Assembly (NCBI GenBank): GCA_051942205.1
Contig: JAVECO010000158.1
Coordinates: forward strand, 1 to 55,965
Reading direction: 5' to 3'
Length of the DNA: 55,965 bases
Source of the DNA: Coniocarpon cinnabarinum
Lineage: Eukaryota
Below, one piece after another: positions 1-13,069 of this stretch (positions are counted from its first letter, which is position 1; each line of letters opens with the position of its first letter). Both the position numbers and the translations under genes were made by a program. Below the pieces are notes generated by a model, which did not search any database, was not told where the DNA came from, and worked only from the letters and a program-made list of their open reading frames with translations.

Positions 1-132
1 AATGAAGACGACGAGAATGAAGACGACGAGAATGAAGACGACGAGAATGAAGACGACGAGAATGAAGACGACGAGAATGAAGACGACGAGAATGAAGACG
101 ACGAGAATGAAGACGACGAGAATGAAGACGAC
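1..132. repeat. 15-bp minisatellite (AATGAAGACGACGAG), 8 full copies plus a partial copy, running off the window edge
   Basis: Exact repeats read directly. Frame +1 reads (NEDDE)n and ends at TAG 148-150. Confidence 0.97.
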
Positions 133-149
133 AGAGACGAAGGTGTATA

Positions 150-440
150 GAAGAGAAAAGAAGAGGAAGGAAAGAAGCCAAGGAGAGAAAGAAGCCAAGG
201 AGAGAAAGAAGCCAGGGAGAGAAAGAAGGAAAAGAGGGAAGGGGAGAGAAAGAAAGAAAAGAGGGAAGAGGGGGAGAGAAAGCTAAGAAAGAGATGAATA
301 GAAAGCCAGAGAAGAGAGGAAAATAGCGGAAGGTACAGGGAGCGCGAGAAGAAGAAGAAGAAGAAGAAGAGAGAGAGAGAGAGACAGACTCACAGGGAAG
401 GAGTTGGAAAGACACAGAGGTTATAGGAAGAGAGACGCAG
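150..440 (+). repeat. Polypurine low-complexity tract with ~3 copies of a 17-bp unit (GAAAGAAGCCAAGGAGA) and (GAA)n/(GA)n microsatellites near 347-383
   Basis: Almost all A/G on the + strand; units visible directly. Confidence 0.9.
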
Positions 441-774
441 AGAACAAAATAGATACTTGATTCCATCCATATCGTACAACAGCCTCTCAAAACCTGCCCC
501 ACAGTCAAATATCTCAATAAATGATAGACGCCGTCGCTAGAAGCATTCCAGCCGTCATAAAATCCATGTCGCGTCAGACGTCAATGAGTGATGGTCATCA
601 CTCTATACAACTCATGAAATCCTCAAAATCACACTTGCCCCTTCTTCCTCCTCATCATCACCCACACCGCGCACACCAAGCGAATCACGCATCCCCCACG
701 TCCGCATCAATCTCCCATCGTCACGATCAACACACCTAAACCAGCGTGTCATATCAGCACCTGCAATCAGCAGC

Positions 775-3700
775 TCAAGTCCCAAACGCCGTCATCCCCT
801 CCACAGCCTGCTGCCCGGCCTGTCCGTTAATCCCAAAGAACTGAAACCAATCCTCCACGTTCAGGGCAGTTGGAACGCTGGGTCCCCCCATCGAACTATT
901 ACTCCAAGTATCATCCTGCATCTGCGGTTGAGAAGCGTGGAGCTGTTGTGCCCAGGCATTTGGATCTTGTGAGAGGGGCGTATGTGGTGGCATGTTGAGC
1001 GCATGTGGCTGTGGGTGGTGTTGGGGATGTGGAGGAGGCGCCGCGTGAGCGTGTGGATTCATTGGATCATGGGAAGGCGGCGAGTGCATTGAGCCGCGAT
1101 GGGCCATTGGCGGAAAGCCGGGTGGTTGACCTGATTGTGTCCCTGAGGGTGTGGGAGGTTGATGTTGGAGGGGATGCACGGCTGTTGCTGAGCCGGGAGT
1201 AGGCGGTTGCATGCCTGCTGCAGAAGGCTGACCAGTGGGATGAGCGAGCGCCGGATCAATGAACGAGTTCTGCTGGGTTGGTGACAGGTTTGGAATGCCG
1301 AGATTCGTCTCAGCGGGGAAGAGCTGGTCGGGCTGAAAGTTGTTGAAAAGATCTTGAGAGATGGGCGGAGAGTTCCTTGTAACGAGGTAGAGGTCGGGTG
1401 GAGTACCAGGATATACATTGAAAGGGGTGGTTTGGCGGGTGGCATTGCGAGAGGCGCCCATGAATGTGTCGTGACGAGGGAGATTGGGAGAGGCCACTTG
1501 ATGAGGATTGGTGATGGCCGGCATGGTTTGTTGTGGTTGCGGTTGCGGTGGAAGGTCTTTGGAGGGCGTCATGGAAGGTGTCTGAGGTCGAGAGCGTTCG
1601 TACGACATCGGTGCAGAGGGAGTTCCGTTCGGATAGGAGACGTCGACTTCTTCGAATTTCCGCTTCGTGGCGTTGTCCTGCTGTGACGGGTGACGGGAGC
1701 TGTTGGCAGAATTACGTTGTCCGGATCCGCGGACTCGCACGTGTTTTCGACCAGGTGCTTTCTGTAATCGTTCTTCAAGAGTCTTGTTGCCGAGGATGGA
1801 CTCGAAGAGAGTGTGCACCATCTTGGCGACTAGCCAGACTTTCGAGACCTCTTTCAAAGCCTTCATGCAGGTGTTCATCCGCTGCTCGGTTGCTGACACG
1901 ATTGCAGTGTTGGACGAACGCATCTGATACACGTGCATAATGAGTGCCGAGAAGAGACTGTAAACACTATTATCGAGGTCAGTATGATGCAAGCCACGGA
2001 AGAAACCCCCTCGTGTCAATCAAAAGCTACTCACATAAAGGCGGGAGCAAAACGAAGCTCGTCGTGATTTTGCAAACTCTCAACGATGGACGTAATCATC
2101 CCAGCGGCTTGATACGCAATGTTCCGAGATGGGTACGCCGTTTCTACTACCTGCCCATTTTGTACAGTGGTCGCAGGAGTACCAGCAGGAGGCATGTGCG
2201 CTCGATGAAGCAGACAGAGTGTTGTGTAGTAGTTGGCATGGAGAAGCGCCGACCAGAAGTGATGTTTGGGTCTTTCCCAATACACTTCCCTTGGACAGTT
2301 CTGCAACCAGTCGGCCAGCGCCATATCACTGTGAGTGAGGTCTAAAGCATTCTGCTTCTTGAATCTGTTGGCGACCGAGTACTGCTGTGAAAGCACGAGG
2401 CCCATGATTTCTGTCAGTCGCACGTAGTTCAGGAAGAACTGCACATGCACAGGATTTGGCGCATATTCAGAAGGCTTGTCAACCTCGTCCTCGACAAAGT
2501 CATCTTCAGTCAACATCTCCACATCAGAATCATCTGTGGCGATGCCACAAGGTCTGCCCAGTGCCACTGCCACAGATCGATCACGAGTGAAAAGTGTCCA
2601 CCAGACTCGTTTCCATAATCTCTTGTCTGCTCGACTGAGTTGCGATGTTTCCACACTGCGGTGCATGCCTGAGCCCTGCGCGACGATGATCGCAACGCGA
2701 GTCCAAAAGAAGACATTGCGAGTCACGTCTTCCGGGCCTTCCCAGTACCAGCCCATGAGAATCGCAGCTTGTACGATTGTGACACGATCGTCCTCGTAGT
2801 TGGCGTCAAATAGTGCTTTTGCTCTCTTGTAGAATGTCATTGCAGCGGGTGTTGTTGATCCATTTGCGTCCATGAGCTGTGGATTTTTACACACTCGAGA
2901 ACCTGCGAGCAGGATTGCTTGGAGTAGGAGCAGAGACGGTGGATTCTTGGGATCGCCATAGCGCCGCAGAAACCGTGATCGATTCACGACCGGTACCACA
3001 GGAGCTACCCAGGTAAAATATGCCTCCACCAGTTCATCACAGAGCGCGCGAGGAGGCAGCAGGAACGCTCCTCGAGTATGCAGAATCTCCATTTCGACAG
3101 GATCAAGTTCGTTGACCTTGGCACGTGCCCCACGAATGTTCTCGGGTAACGGATAATGCACCACATCGGTCGTGCCGTGTCGGTCGTGAACAAGCAGAGA
3201 AAGATTGGACGACTCTCCCAGATATGCGACTCTTCCAGCTTCTTTGATAGGAGCCCGAACAAACTTGGGTTTCATGACTTGGCTGTGATTCTTCGCATTT
3301 GGCGCATCCTGTGACTGGTTGAACCCATCCGGAGACTGCTTGATTCCAAGCATGCCTTGATCTGGTCCATATGCAGCACCTCGAAGGTAGCTGACATCGC
3401 CTTGGGGTGTGACAGTTGAGCCGGCTACGGCTTCTGGGGGAATGCTCTCAAGCGGATTCGGCGGTGGTGGTGGCGCGTTCTCGCTGCCAGTCTTTGATTA
3501 GCGGCGAGACTCAAGGTCAGCATATGGGATAGATCTCTCGGTCCTCACCTCTCCTCGCCATCCTTTTTCGACTGGCCCTTCTTTCGTTTGGGCGTCGGTA
3601 TGCGGCATTCTATCGAGAACGCGACGCAGTTTGTGCATGGCACACCGAGGCTCGCGGCGTCGCATCGTACCTGCACGTTCACTCATGATTAGTATACGGT

Positions 3701-4240
3701 GCGTCTTGGCGGCGAAGGTGTTGGCAGCGCGGCCAGTGGCTGATGGGGGTATTCACCTTTCGGGCGTGGCACGTCTAGACGCAAAGTTCAAAGTCAGCCG
3801 TTATGCTCAAGGATGGTCGTGATCAGCGTCTGAGTGTTTGACAAAAGTGGTAGACCGGTCGGGAAATGTATACGTGCTGATGGGTCGGAGCACCGAGGCA
3901 CCTCGGTCTTGACTCAAGCTTTTTGTCCATGCGCGTGCGTGCAGCTATAAAGAGTGGAAACCGCTCTGCTAAGGCTGTTGCAAGGATGCTAGGAATCTGA
4001 TCAACTTACCTCACACGCTCTCGATGCGCGCTGGCGTCGAAAACTGGGATGGCCCGGGGTCTGACTGGAGGGTGCGCCACCGCCAGGGTGGGCAGAGGAT
4101 GGATGTTGCTGCTGTGTGGGCGACTGCTCTGGAGGCTCTGGCGGGAGCTGTGCGGTCTGGATGGGTTGGAACTGGCTCTGGGAGGGAGGCTGGGCTGGTT
4201 GAGGCTGGACGGAGAGATGGGTCGAAGGATGGACCTGCAT
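775..4240 (-). CDS. farA: Zn(II)2Cys6 transcription factor, cutinase transcription factor 1-alpha / FarA ortholog. Exons approx. 4240-4010, 3774-3757, 3670-3549, 3483-2035, 1966-775
   Basis: Spliced N-terminus RQRASRACE|TCHARK|VRCDAASLGVPCTNCVAFSIECRIP is the CTF1-alpha/FarA zinc cluster. Fungal-specific TF middle domain (RLWKRVWWTLFTRDRSVAVALGRP). C-terminal VPTALNVEDWFQFFGING. GT-AG junctions keep frame. Confidence 0.93.
3892..3907. promoter_or_regulatory. Inverted pair of CCGAGG/CCTCGG motifs (FarA/CTF1-type site) in intron 1 of farA
   Basis: ACCGAGG-CA-CCTCGGT. CCTCGG is the described FarA/FarB core motif; function here is inferred. Confidence 0.45.
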
Positions 4241-5729
4241 GTTGTCGACGGGCGGGCAGCAATATGCTGGACATTCAATGGGTGAGATGAGAACGAGCCG
4301 CGGTCCGGTGGTACTTGAAGGTGAGCAGCCTCGGTGTCTACCTATCCACCTAGTCACGTGCTAGTCAGTAGTCATATGCCAAACCCTAACCCTTTGTCGC
4401 GGTGGGTCTAGAATTTGAGTTAAGAGTGTTAGCCTGCTGATCCAAGCCCATCCACGCCATCGTCCCGTGCCCACTCGCCATCACTTTAATTCAATCAAGA
4501 CTGGACCGCGCGGTGCTGGCGCAGTGTGGAGAAAGAGTCCGGGGTGCAAGAGGTGCGCGCAGCGAAGCAGATAACGCCACTTGTCAGGCCTCCGTGGCTT
4601 CTTCCAGCCCTAGTCGCCCGTCTTTGTATATGAGACACCGGATATCTGTCTCAGGCCTACCCCTCTACCTACCACATCCCTCGCTTTCTCACATGTTTAA
4701 TTTCATCATCGTCACTGACTCGACCACTCACGTTGCCTCCTCGCGTCAAATGCCGTCCACCAACATCTGTCTTCCCTGCTCTGCCGGATTCAATCTCAAT
4801 TCCCCACTGGAACGAGCTGCAATGACTGCGCATCACCGCACAGCACGACCCCACAGTTCTTACGCAAACAAAGTCCCGTCATGCTTATATATGTTTCGCA
4901 CAATTAAACAACCATGCTCACTTTGGCCATGCTATGGCTGATCAGACGCGCACGCCATGTCTATTGTCTATCAGCTCAACTCATCATATACAGTCCTCAA
5001 GGTCGCTGTGCCTTTAGGCAGGTGGTATGGCTGTCAATTCATTGCACTCGACGCTTTAGCTTCGCGTCCCTGACACAGGTGGGGCGCCGACCTGGTAATC
5101 GGGCCTAGTCCCGGAATTTGTCACCGTTGAAGTTGCTGCACGTTCGCAATGCGCGCATTATCCGTCCCATGTTATCTTGCAAAGGCTCGTACTCACTGTG
5201 CGCCGACGTATTCGCATGTAGGTGTGTGCGCAACCACAATGCTAATCACTGCTGGTCATCTTGCGTGACGCTGCTTGCTTCGATCCATACTCGTGCCAGC
5301 TCATGCATTCAAACACTAAAACGCCGGGACAGTGATAGATCGTTCACGTCACGCAGCACAGACTGCGCCGAGAGGCGATTGCTCTCTTCGTCGGTCGGCG
5401 GCATCAATTGGCCCGGCACGCAGCATCGCTACTTGGCCGCCTTTCCATATAAAACTAACGATTGCTACAATTGTTCCGCAAAGGCTTTCTGCATTGAAGA
5501 TATGACGGTCGGGCCGATCTGGATGCACCAACGGGTCGATTTCTGGCAGGACAGCCGAGGCACACATAACGAATGGCCCCACCTCTCCGTAAGAGCCGCA
5601 GGGGCTTCCAGCTACACAAATTGTGGCTAGGGTCGAACAGTGGTCGAATACTCGCCGTGCTTGTCTATGATTTCGTCAGCACCCCACGGAACGACGCAAT
5701 CTGTCGATAGGATCCACCAATAGTCTAGT

Positions 5730-7495
5730 CTACCAATTGTCGCGGCCGAAAACCCACATTGCCAGTCGGTGGCGTATGACTAGACCTATTACGCCGACCA
5801 CGCTCTGCATGCCCACCAGACTCCAACAGAGTCGATCTTCACGCATCGGGCCGAACCACACAAGCCAAAGATTCAGCAGAGTCAGGTTTGTTGTTCTTAG
5901 AACCTTGCCATGCTCGTCCGTCTCCAAGTCAACCAAACGCAGCTGGGTTAGCAGCTTCAGAATGCTTTGAACAAGTGGATGGAGTGGCCGCTTGAGTATG
6001 ACGGGCCGATGCTTTGGCAGACCTCCGCCTACAGACGTAGCAGCAGGTACACTCCCGTTGGCACTCCCGTTCTCGTCTTTCTTCACCACCGGCAGAGGTG
6101 GATTGAAGTCGGCCAAACTTGGCTCGAGTAGGCCCGTTCGCGCATTGAAATGAGGCAGTCGGTGTCGCGGACACGGGATGAGACCAAACAGCTGCGGGGC
6201 TGAGTAGATGAAGTTAAAGATCTGCGGCACAAGCAGGAGAAGTAGCGTTTTTGAGAAGTGTGCCAGTATAGCGATGACGGCGAATGTCATGCCTGCAAAA
6301 TAGCAGTACGTGTCGCCTACGAAGACGCGTGCTGGGTATTTGTTGTGGATGAAAAGCGCCAGAGAAACACCAAGGAATGGCAGGAGCAAGAAGGTGCTGA
6401 AGAGATGAGGATCTGTGGATGGATTGTGGGTAGTCGACGGCGTCGGTGTCGATAGAGTGGCGGTCCGGAACGGCGTTGGCATGAGACCTGAGAGGCCGGT
6501 CGGTGGTAAAAGGTAAAGCGCGTCGTTGGTCAGTATCAGCAGGGCAATGACAATAGACTGCGCTACTTCAATGCCATTTATGCCGGCAAGGATGTTGATG
6601 CTATTTGGGCAGAAGATAGAAATGCTAGCCATATAGGCGTAGTATAGCCATCCTAGATTCAGTGAGTACTTTCGCAACTGTATCACATCGTTCTTGCGCT
6701 TACTTACCAAGATCGAGTAGCTCTCCAAGATATGGCTGTAATGCACTTGGTATGACTACCTTGGTAACTCCAAAGTCCACAAAGTAGACAATGAGGATTG
6801 GTATAGACGCAAACGCAGGGATGAACAGCTTGTGTCTCCATCGAATGTCGAACAGATCGTCTCCAACCCCGAGCAAAGTGATCGATTGCAAGGAGAGAAT
6901 GGCTGACAGATACGAAGCAAGCTGTGTGACATCTCAGCGGCTTTTCCATGACCTATTGGGGGTCTTTTCAACAAGCAGGCAGTACCTTTGAGTGAGGAAA
7001 GCGTTTCAGATACCGTCCGGTATCAACGTGATCAACTTGCATGATGACATCTCGATTGCCACCTCCAGAAGTCGCTGCCACGATGTCCTTGTAAAATGGA
7101 AAGGGGATGAAGACAATGATTATGAGTAGATACACAACGGCGCATATTGCCCCCATAGTCTCCGGTCTGTCGTCATGTAACATTAGCGAGTGTACGCAGG
7201 GAATCCAAGGCGGCTGCAAAAGCCACTGGTTGCTCTCCAATCAATGTGAGAATGACTCGTACATCTCTGGTTTCTGCTTCTTGCTCATGTCCCTCCCTTT
7301 CAGGCCCGCAGCCACAAAAGCCGGACCGAGCCATCTTATCAAGGCGTACGAAAGTGCAAAGGCAAGGGCGCTAAAAGCTAATGAAGCAACGACAGGAGCT
7401 CCTTCACCATTGAAAGTCTGAGCGAGGACCAGAAGCGCGACGAGCGAGAGTGAGAAAAGCGACCTTGACTCGGTCTGTGAGAGCGAGTGTGTCAT
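5730..7495 (-). CDS. ALG7: UDP-GlcNAc:dolichyl-phosphate GlcNAc-1-phosphotransferase (GPT/DPAGT1). Exons approx. 7495-7263, 7166-6986, 6921-6708, 6652-5730
   Basis: Motifs PETMGA, LGVGDDLFDIRWRHK, NSINILAGINGIEV, VFVGDTYCYFAG and PCPRHRLP; multiple transmembrane segments; canonical introns. Confidence 0.95.
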
Positions 7496-8022
7496 CGTAA
7501 AGACATTTTCGCGATCCAAACCTCTCTTTCAAATGCACCAGAGCCTTTAATGGTGCTGTTATAAATTTGTAGTCTGCGTGTCATTTGCTACGGCGCAAGG
7601 GGAAGCGATGGACTTATTTCGCCGAACTATGAATAATATCGTTAAAAACTCCAATCCAGGTAGAAACCTGCCATAAACGGTAAGAAGTAAACATAATGCA
7701 GACGGGAGCATGTATGTAAAGCCAAAACGAAACCACAAGACCTCGTCATATTCACCGCAGGCCCGTGCTCGCCATGGAGAGCTTCTTAGCCGATCTTCTA
7801 GAAAGATTCCATGCAAATGAAGCTGTCCGCGGAATATGTTTGCAACTACCCGCAAATAGCATTCACTATACAAAGGGTATCTCAGCCGAAAGGCATCAAC
7901 AAGATTGAGTACGACTCCGACATTCCATCCCGGATTGCTTCAAACCTCGGCTGCTCAGCAGTCTTGTGGACGCCTTAGAGCAAGACAACGTCCTCACGCA
8001 GGCGACTCAAAACATCCCAACA

Positions 8023-9507
8023 CTATCGACGGCCCAAACTTGCAGAGCTCGCACCCCGCCGATGGCTCTTCGCGAAATCCTCTTCAAAACCCATCTCGAC
8101 TCCACTATCTCCACTGAAATCTTCGTTTCCCTCGGTCATGTCGTCACCGACTTCGATTCTTGACGCCAAGGCTGCTTGGCCTTGGCTGATCAGATCTTGC
8201 AATTGTTGGTTCATCTTTTTGTAACTGGCGTCTTGCTTTTGCTCGTCGCGGTCGCGTCGTCTTTGATATTTGTTTATCGCTTCGGCGCTGCTGGGAGAGT
8301 GACCGTAGGATTGGTAGGATGGTATATTGGGATTGTTAATGTCGTAGGGATCGTGTGACAGTCGAGCTCGTGATGGTGTTCTGTTCTGGGGTGGTGATAG
8401 GTAGGGTTTTGACGGGGAAGTCGGTCGGTGATGTTGCTGTGGGTGGGACGAGTGCTTTAGAGAAGACTGAGGAGATCTCATCGAGGCAGTGGACGCCTGA
8501 CGCGGCTGTCGTTGAGCAGGAGAGCCGTTCAATGCTGTCGGCACGAAGGTAGCGCTGCTCGATCGCGAATGTGCGGCTGAGGCATGTGAACTTCGACGCG
8601 ATGCAGCGGGTCTGGGAAGCAAACTTCTGCTCGCTGACCGTCGACCGCTTGATCCTGGTGCCTGTGCTTGAATGTGGGGCTGAAGGCCGCTTGGATATGC
8701 ACATCGTGCTTGCAGTGGTGTGAGTGAGGGACGTTGGTCATGCACAATAACCCAATCGCCTTGAGTCGTCTGGCGTCTCTTTGCCGGCCGCTCGACCTCG
8801 ACATCAGATGCGCTGATCTTCACGTATTCCTGGTCATCCGGCCAGTTACCTGGTATCGGCGTCCTGCTACGGCCATCGATGCCTTCTACTCCAGCTTGAG
8901 CGCGGTCACCCCGACTGCCGCCAGCTTTGAAGCCAGAGAACCCCGCGCCCCCGCAAAAGTTCCATACCGCAGAAGCTGTACCTGTTGCCAATCGCCATGC
9001 GAAGGCACTCCAAGTCTCACTTCCTTTTGGTTGATCCACTCCCCTCTTCCGCGAGACGCCGCTTCGTTCCCGGGACAATGCGGAGGGATATGAGGGTTGG
9101 ACATATGAATCAAGCGATGGACTTGGTGATGATGCAAGTCGCCGACGGAACACAGGATCTTGATCAGCACCGAAAGGCGTAGTGGTCGAGTCCAGACTCG
9201 TCAAGCCCGGAGTATCAAGGCCATTCTGCAGCCGGTAACGTGAGTTGGCAAGGGCTGGTGGGCTCTCGGGCGACGGTGGAGCTCTTTTGAATTGTTGATC
9301 TCGCTGCCGCTGGGTATTCTGCGAGAAGGATCGATCTGAGTCACGCGCAACACGGTTAGGCGAGGGACCCCATTGCGAAGTGAAATAGTCCGATCGCGGG
9401 CGTTTGCGGGTGGAGGGATTGATGGCAAGGTGTGTATCATGATGGTCACGAGGGAGATGCAGAGGACTGGCGGAAGACGGCGACGGCGTATAGGGTGTTT
9501 GATACAT
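8023..9507 (-). CDS. Hypothetical Ser/Pro/Arg-rich, largely disordered protein (494 aa) with a C-terminal helical segment
   Basis: Uninterrupted ATG-initiated ORF; C-terminal KKMNQQLQDLISQGQAALASRIEV looks like a conserved helix. No function assignable. Confidence 0.8.
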   Translation of the reverse strand: MYQTPYTPSPSSASPLHLPRDHHDTHLAINPSTRKRPRSDYFTSQWGPSPNRVARDSDRSFSQNTQRQRDQQFKRAPPSPESPPALANSRYRLQNGLDTPGLTSLDSTTTPFGADQDPVFRRRLASSPSPSLDSYVQPSYPSALSRERSGVSRKRGVDQPKGSETWSAFAWRLATGTASAVWNFCGGAGFSGFKAGGSRGDRAQAGVEGIDGRSRTPIPGNWPDDQEYVKISASDVEVERPAKRRQTTQGDWVIVHDQRPSLTPLQARCAYPSGLQPHIQAQAPGSSGRRSASRSLLPRPAASRRSSHASAAHSRSSSATFVPTALNGSPAQRQPRQASTASMRSPQSSLKHSSHPQQHHRPTSPSKPYLSPPQNRTPSRARLSHDPYDINNPNIPSYQSYGHSPSSAEAINKYQRRRDRDEQKQDASYKKMNQQLQDLISQGQAALASRIEVGDDMTEGNEDFSGDSGVEMGFEEDFAKSHRRGASSASLGRR

Positions 9508-10331
9508 GCTGAGATAGCTGGAGCGTTGTCCTGCGGTTGCCTTGAGGGTCCTAATCGGGAGGTCCGTTGAGGTTACGGGGGTTCGGTGTGATGTGCGATT
9601 GCGGAAAGCATCCTCGAGTGCCGCAGTAATGGCTTAGCGATCCATTAATCCAAAGCAGCTTATTCGTTGAGCATGCGATGTTGAAAGAGCGCAGGTTTCT
9701 GCAGCTCACATGGCCTACCCCACACTATTGTTGCCACCTGTGCAACGGCGCTAGTCCCCGTTCAGACATGTACTGGCCAACACTCTACCTATGAAACGTG
9801 AATCTCTCTGGTATCATTTCACGCAAAATCTTTCGAAAGTCGGGGGGTTTGAGACGTATTCGTGACAATAAGCAATCTTGGCTATTACGGCTTTGGGTCC
9901 CCCATTGACGGCAGTTCAGTTGCCCTTCGAATCGGCTGCGTCTTCGAAAAGGTTGAGGAATTATTACCGCCCGTGGCTTGCATTTTCTGGACCGTCTACT
10001 ATCCATCCTGACCAAAAGCTTTAGAAAGCAACAGCTCGTAGATGGGAGATATACTGTTTGAAGTTTCAAAACGGCCTAGGTCTCTTCGACGCGCCAGTCA
10101 GTCACGAGTGTCACACGCTCACACGTGATCATCTGTGGCTTTCATTGTCAGACGTCCTTCAACTTCGAATGTTTAGGGGAGCATGGCTTCTGCTGTCTTA
10201 CACACGGACACAAAAGACCGCGGTACGCGTGAAAGGGTCATCAGATCGTTACAAGTATGTACAGGTCAACATCAATGTGCTCAAATGTCGCCGTCTCGGA
10301 TACATCAGCTGGCCAAAACAAGGTCAGCACA

Positions 10332-12121
10332 TCACAAGCCAGCAGTGCGCTCGACTTTCTCGATGTCATCCTTCTCTCCGCCATCCTGACTCGACATGCT
10401 GTTCCGATAAAGCTCCGCTGCCGTTTTTGCACTGACGCTACCAACGCTACTATGTCGACGCACTTCTTGCTGCTCATGCGCCAGATATTTGTCTGGTCTG
10501 TGCTTGCTCGTAGCAGCTTTGTCGCGGAAGACTAGGAGTGGCGGATCTTCGCGGAAGAAGCGATCCAAATCCTCCAAGGTACGGCCTGCTGTCTCCGGGT
10601 AGAGGAAGTAAACAATAGGTAAGAAGGAGAAATTGAATACTGTCCAGATGATGTAAAATTTCCAGCCAAGACTGCCGATACCTGGCGGCGTAATCTCGAC
10701 GACCAAGAAGTTGACGATCCAGTTGGTGGCTGTGCCCAGAGCGGCGCCGCGTGTGCGCATACCGAGTGAGTTGACCTCTGCAGGATACAACCATGGTATT
10801 CCCTGCCACCCGAACCCAAAGAAGACATAGTACAGGAAGAAGAACGCAATGCTTGCTTCACCATACTTTGTCGTTGAAGGATCCCCCAAGACGACCTGTG
10901 AGAGCAAGCCAGTGATGATGGCGTAGCAGACGAATTGGCCAAATGAAGAGAAGAGCATCAGGAATCGTCGGCCCATGGATTCGACCACTGGAATTCCCAA
11001 AGAACCGAAAATGAGGTAGCTGACACTATTGCAAGCAGCGATCAGACGGGCCATATCGGTGCTCAGCCCTACGCTCTGCTCCAGGACAGTCGGCAAGTAG
11101 TATGACGTGACGTTAATTCCGCCGAATTGTTGCATTGCTTGTGTGCCCATTCCAAGAAAGAGTCGTCGAAGAGTCTTCGTGCCCGCTTTGCCGCCGGTAC
11201 GACCCAGGAAGAGGTCCTTAAACGGTACGGCAGCTTCTCGCTCCTGATTGATCGAGTATTGCATCTCTTTCGAGACAGTCACGATATAAGGATCGTCAAC
11301 TGTAGTTGACTCGAGGTCCGCGGTAATCTGCTCGCTCTCTTCGACTCGGCCTTTTGCCATGAGCCAGCGCGGTGACTCCGGCAGCCAGGGAACAGTAGCG
11401 TAGAGCACAATCATGAACACAATCTGGAAGGCGATGGGAAAGCGCCAGACGATTGGACCAGAAGCAAATGAAAAGCCGTAGGTTATCCAATTGGACAGGG
11501 AAAAGCCAGCGATGTTGCAAACCATTTCGATGACAACGAGTTTGCCGCGCATGCTTGCTTTGGAAGTCTCAGACTGCCACACTGGTGCAGTTGCAGTATT
11601 GAGACCTGTTTCGATCGTCAGCCGTTGTACTGATAAAACGAAATGAGGTCCTTACCGTTTCCGATGCCAGCGATGACACGAGCGACCATCATCTGAGGCA
11701 CTCCAAATGCAGAAACTTGCAAGATCGCGCCGATCAACATAATAGTCGTCCCAAGCATGATGGTCTTCTTGCGACCGAGCAAATCGCCTAGCCACATAGC
11801 TGAGATGGCGCCGAAGAAAGAACCCACATCTACACAACTTAGCTTGTCTGGACACTGCTTGGTGACCCTGTAGACTTACCATATACAGCAGTGACCGTGG
11901 AGAGAGTGCTCGAAGTTGGGCCAAAGCCCATTGTATCGAGATAGTCCTGAGTGACATTCACACCACCTGTTTTTGTCAGTGGTCTAAGCCTCATGACGGA
12001 CTGAAATAGGCTGCTCACCAAACACGCCCTGGTCGTAGCCGAACAGAGCCATGTCCGTGGAGCAGGCCACCGAGACCCAAAAGGTGAGCCACGCCCCCGT
12101 CATCCCAAAATAAGGCTTCAT
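10332..12121 (-). CDS. MFS sugar porter (Stl1-like sugar/glycerol:H+ symporter family). Exons approx. 12121-12019, 11966-11880, 11829-11656, 11605-10332
   Basis: Sugar-porter signatures LFGYDQG, GDLLGRKK, PESPRWL, QQFGGINV and YPETAGRTLE; four canonical introns. Confidence 0.93.
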
Positions 12122-13069
12122 CGTGACAGGGCTAAACGAGTGCAATGGAAACCAGCTACGAACCCATGCGTATCACACTAGATAACAGATCAACACAAGA
12201 GCAGCACGACCTCAAGACTTATATATCCCCAATCAGACCACGTCACCGCAGCTCCATTGCAGCTCCAAGCTCCTTGCAGACCTGGACCTGCGCATGCGAA
12301 AGGGTGCCGTTACTCAACCGCAGCAGCATCAAGCCATCGCGCACTGGACCAGGAAAAACGAACGATCTCAAGCCCTCGCTCAATTCTTGCTGGATGCCAT
12401 TGGCGTTCAGACGCACCATTGGGACGTGCTCGTTTCGATCTGGCATAGTGCGTGGCGGGGTAGCGCCCGGGGAACGTCATTGGTGTGACCAGTCCACCAA
12501 AGTTTCAACAGAGATGGAGAAGGACCGATTGCCGCCAGGGAGCACGAGCTCAGGCGTGCCTTTTCTTCCGGCAGCCAAGGCGGAGTGACCTCCAGTGATG
12601 CGTGAGATTATTTTCGTTGCGTCTGGGAGGTGTTGTTTGGTGTGGCGACGATTCGAGTCGAGGTTGCATTGTCCTGCGTGGGCGTTGCGCGTACGGCACA
12701 GACGGGCCTTTTCTTGCCCCAACATGTCACGGTGTACCCCAAGCTTTTGACGCCGAACTTTTGCCCATACTTTGATGTTGATGAGCTGTGGCTGTAATTG
12801 GAGGAGGCGTGTTGGGATTGCTGGACGGCTATACAGCGCCTGACATGCATGATCTTGGGGCGGCTTGTCGGCTATTGATGCGAATCTTCAATTCGAAGAG
12901 GCATTTGCTGACGCTTATTGCAGATGGATGGGATTGGCAGTGGTGCGCATTTCTCGCGAGAACTCAGATAGGTCATCTTCATTCGTTCACTTCGATATCT
13001 ATGATGTTTTCCCTCCCAATTCCTCTCAAAACACCAAAGCTCAACTCAACTCTGAAATGCGTCGACCAA

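Noticed and set aside
2..286. ORF (MKTTR)n as a real protein
   Set aside because: A by-product of the 15-bp repeat and the purine tract.
4381..4393. Telomeric-like AAACCCTAACCCT
   Set aside because: Only about two units in a promoter region; not a telomere and too short to call.
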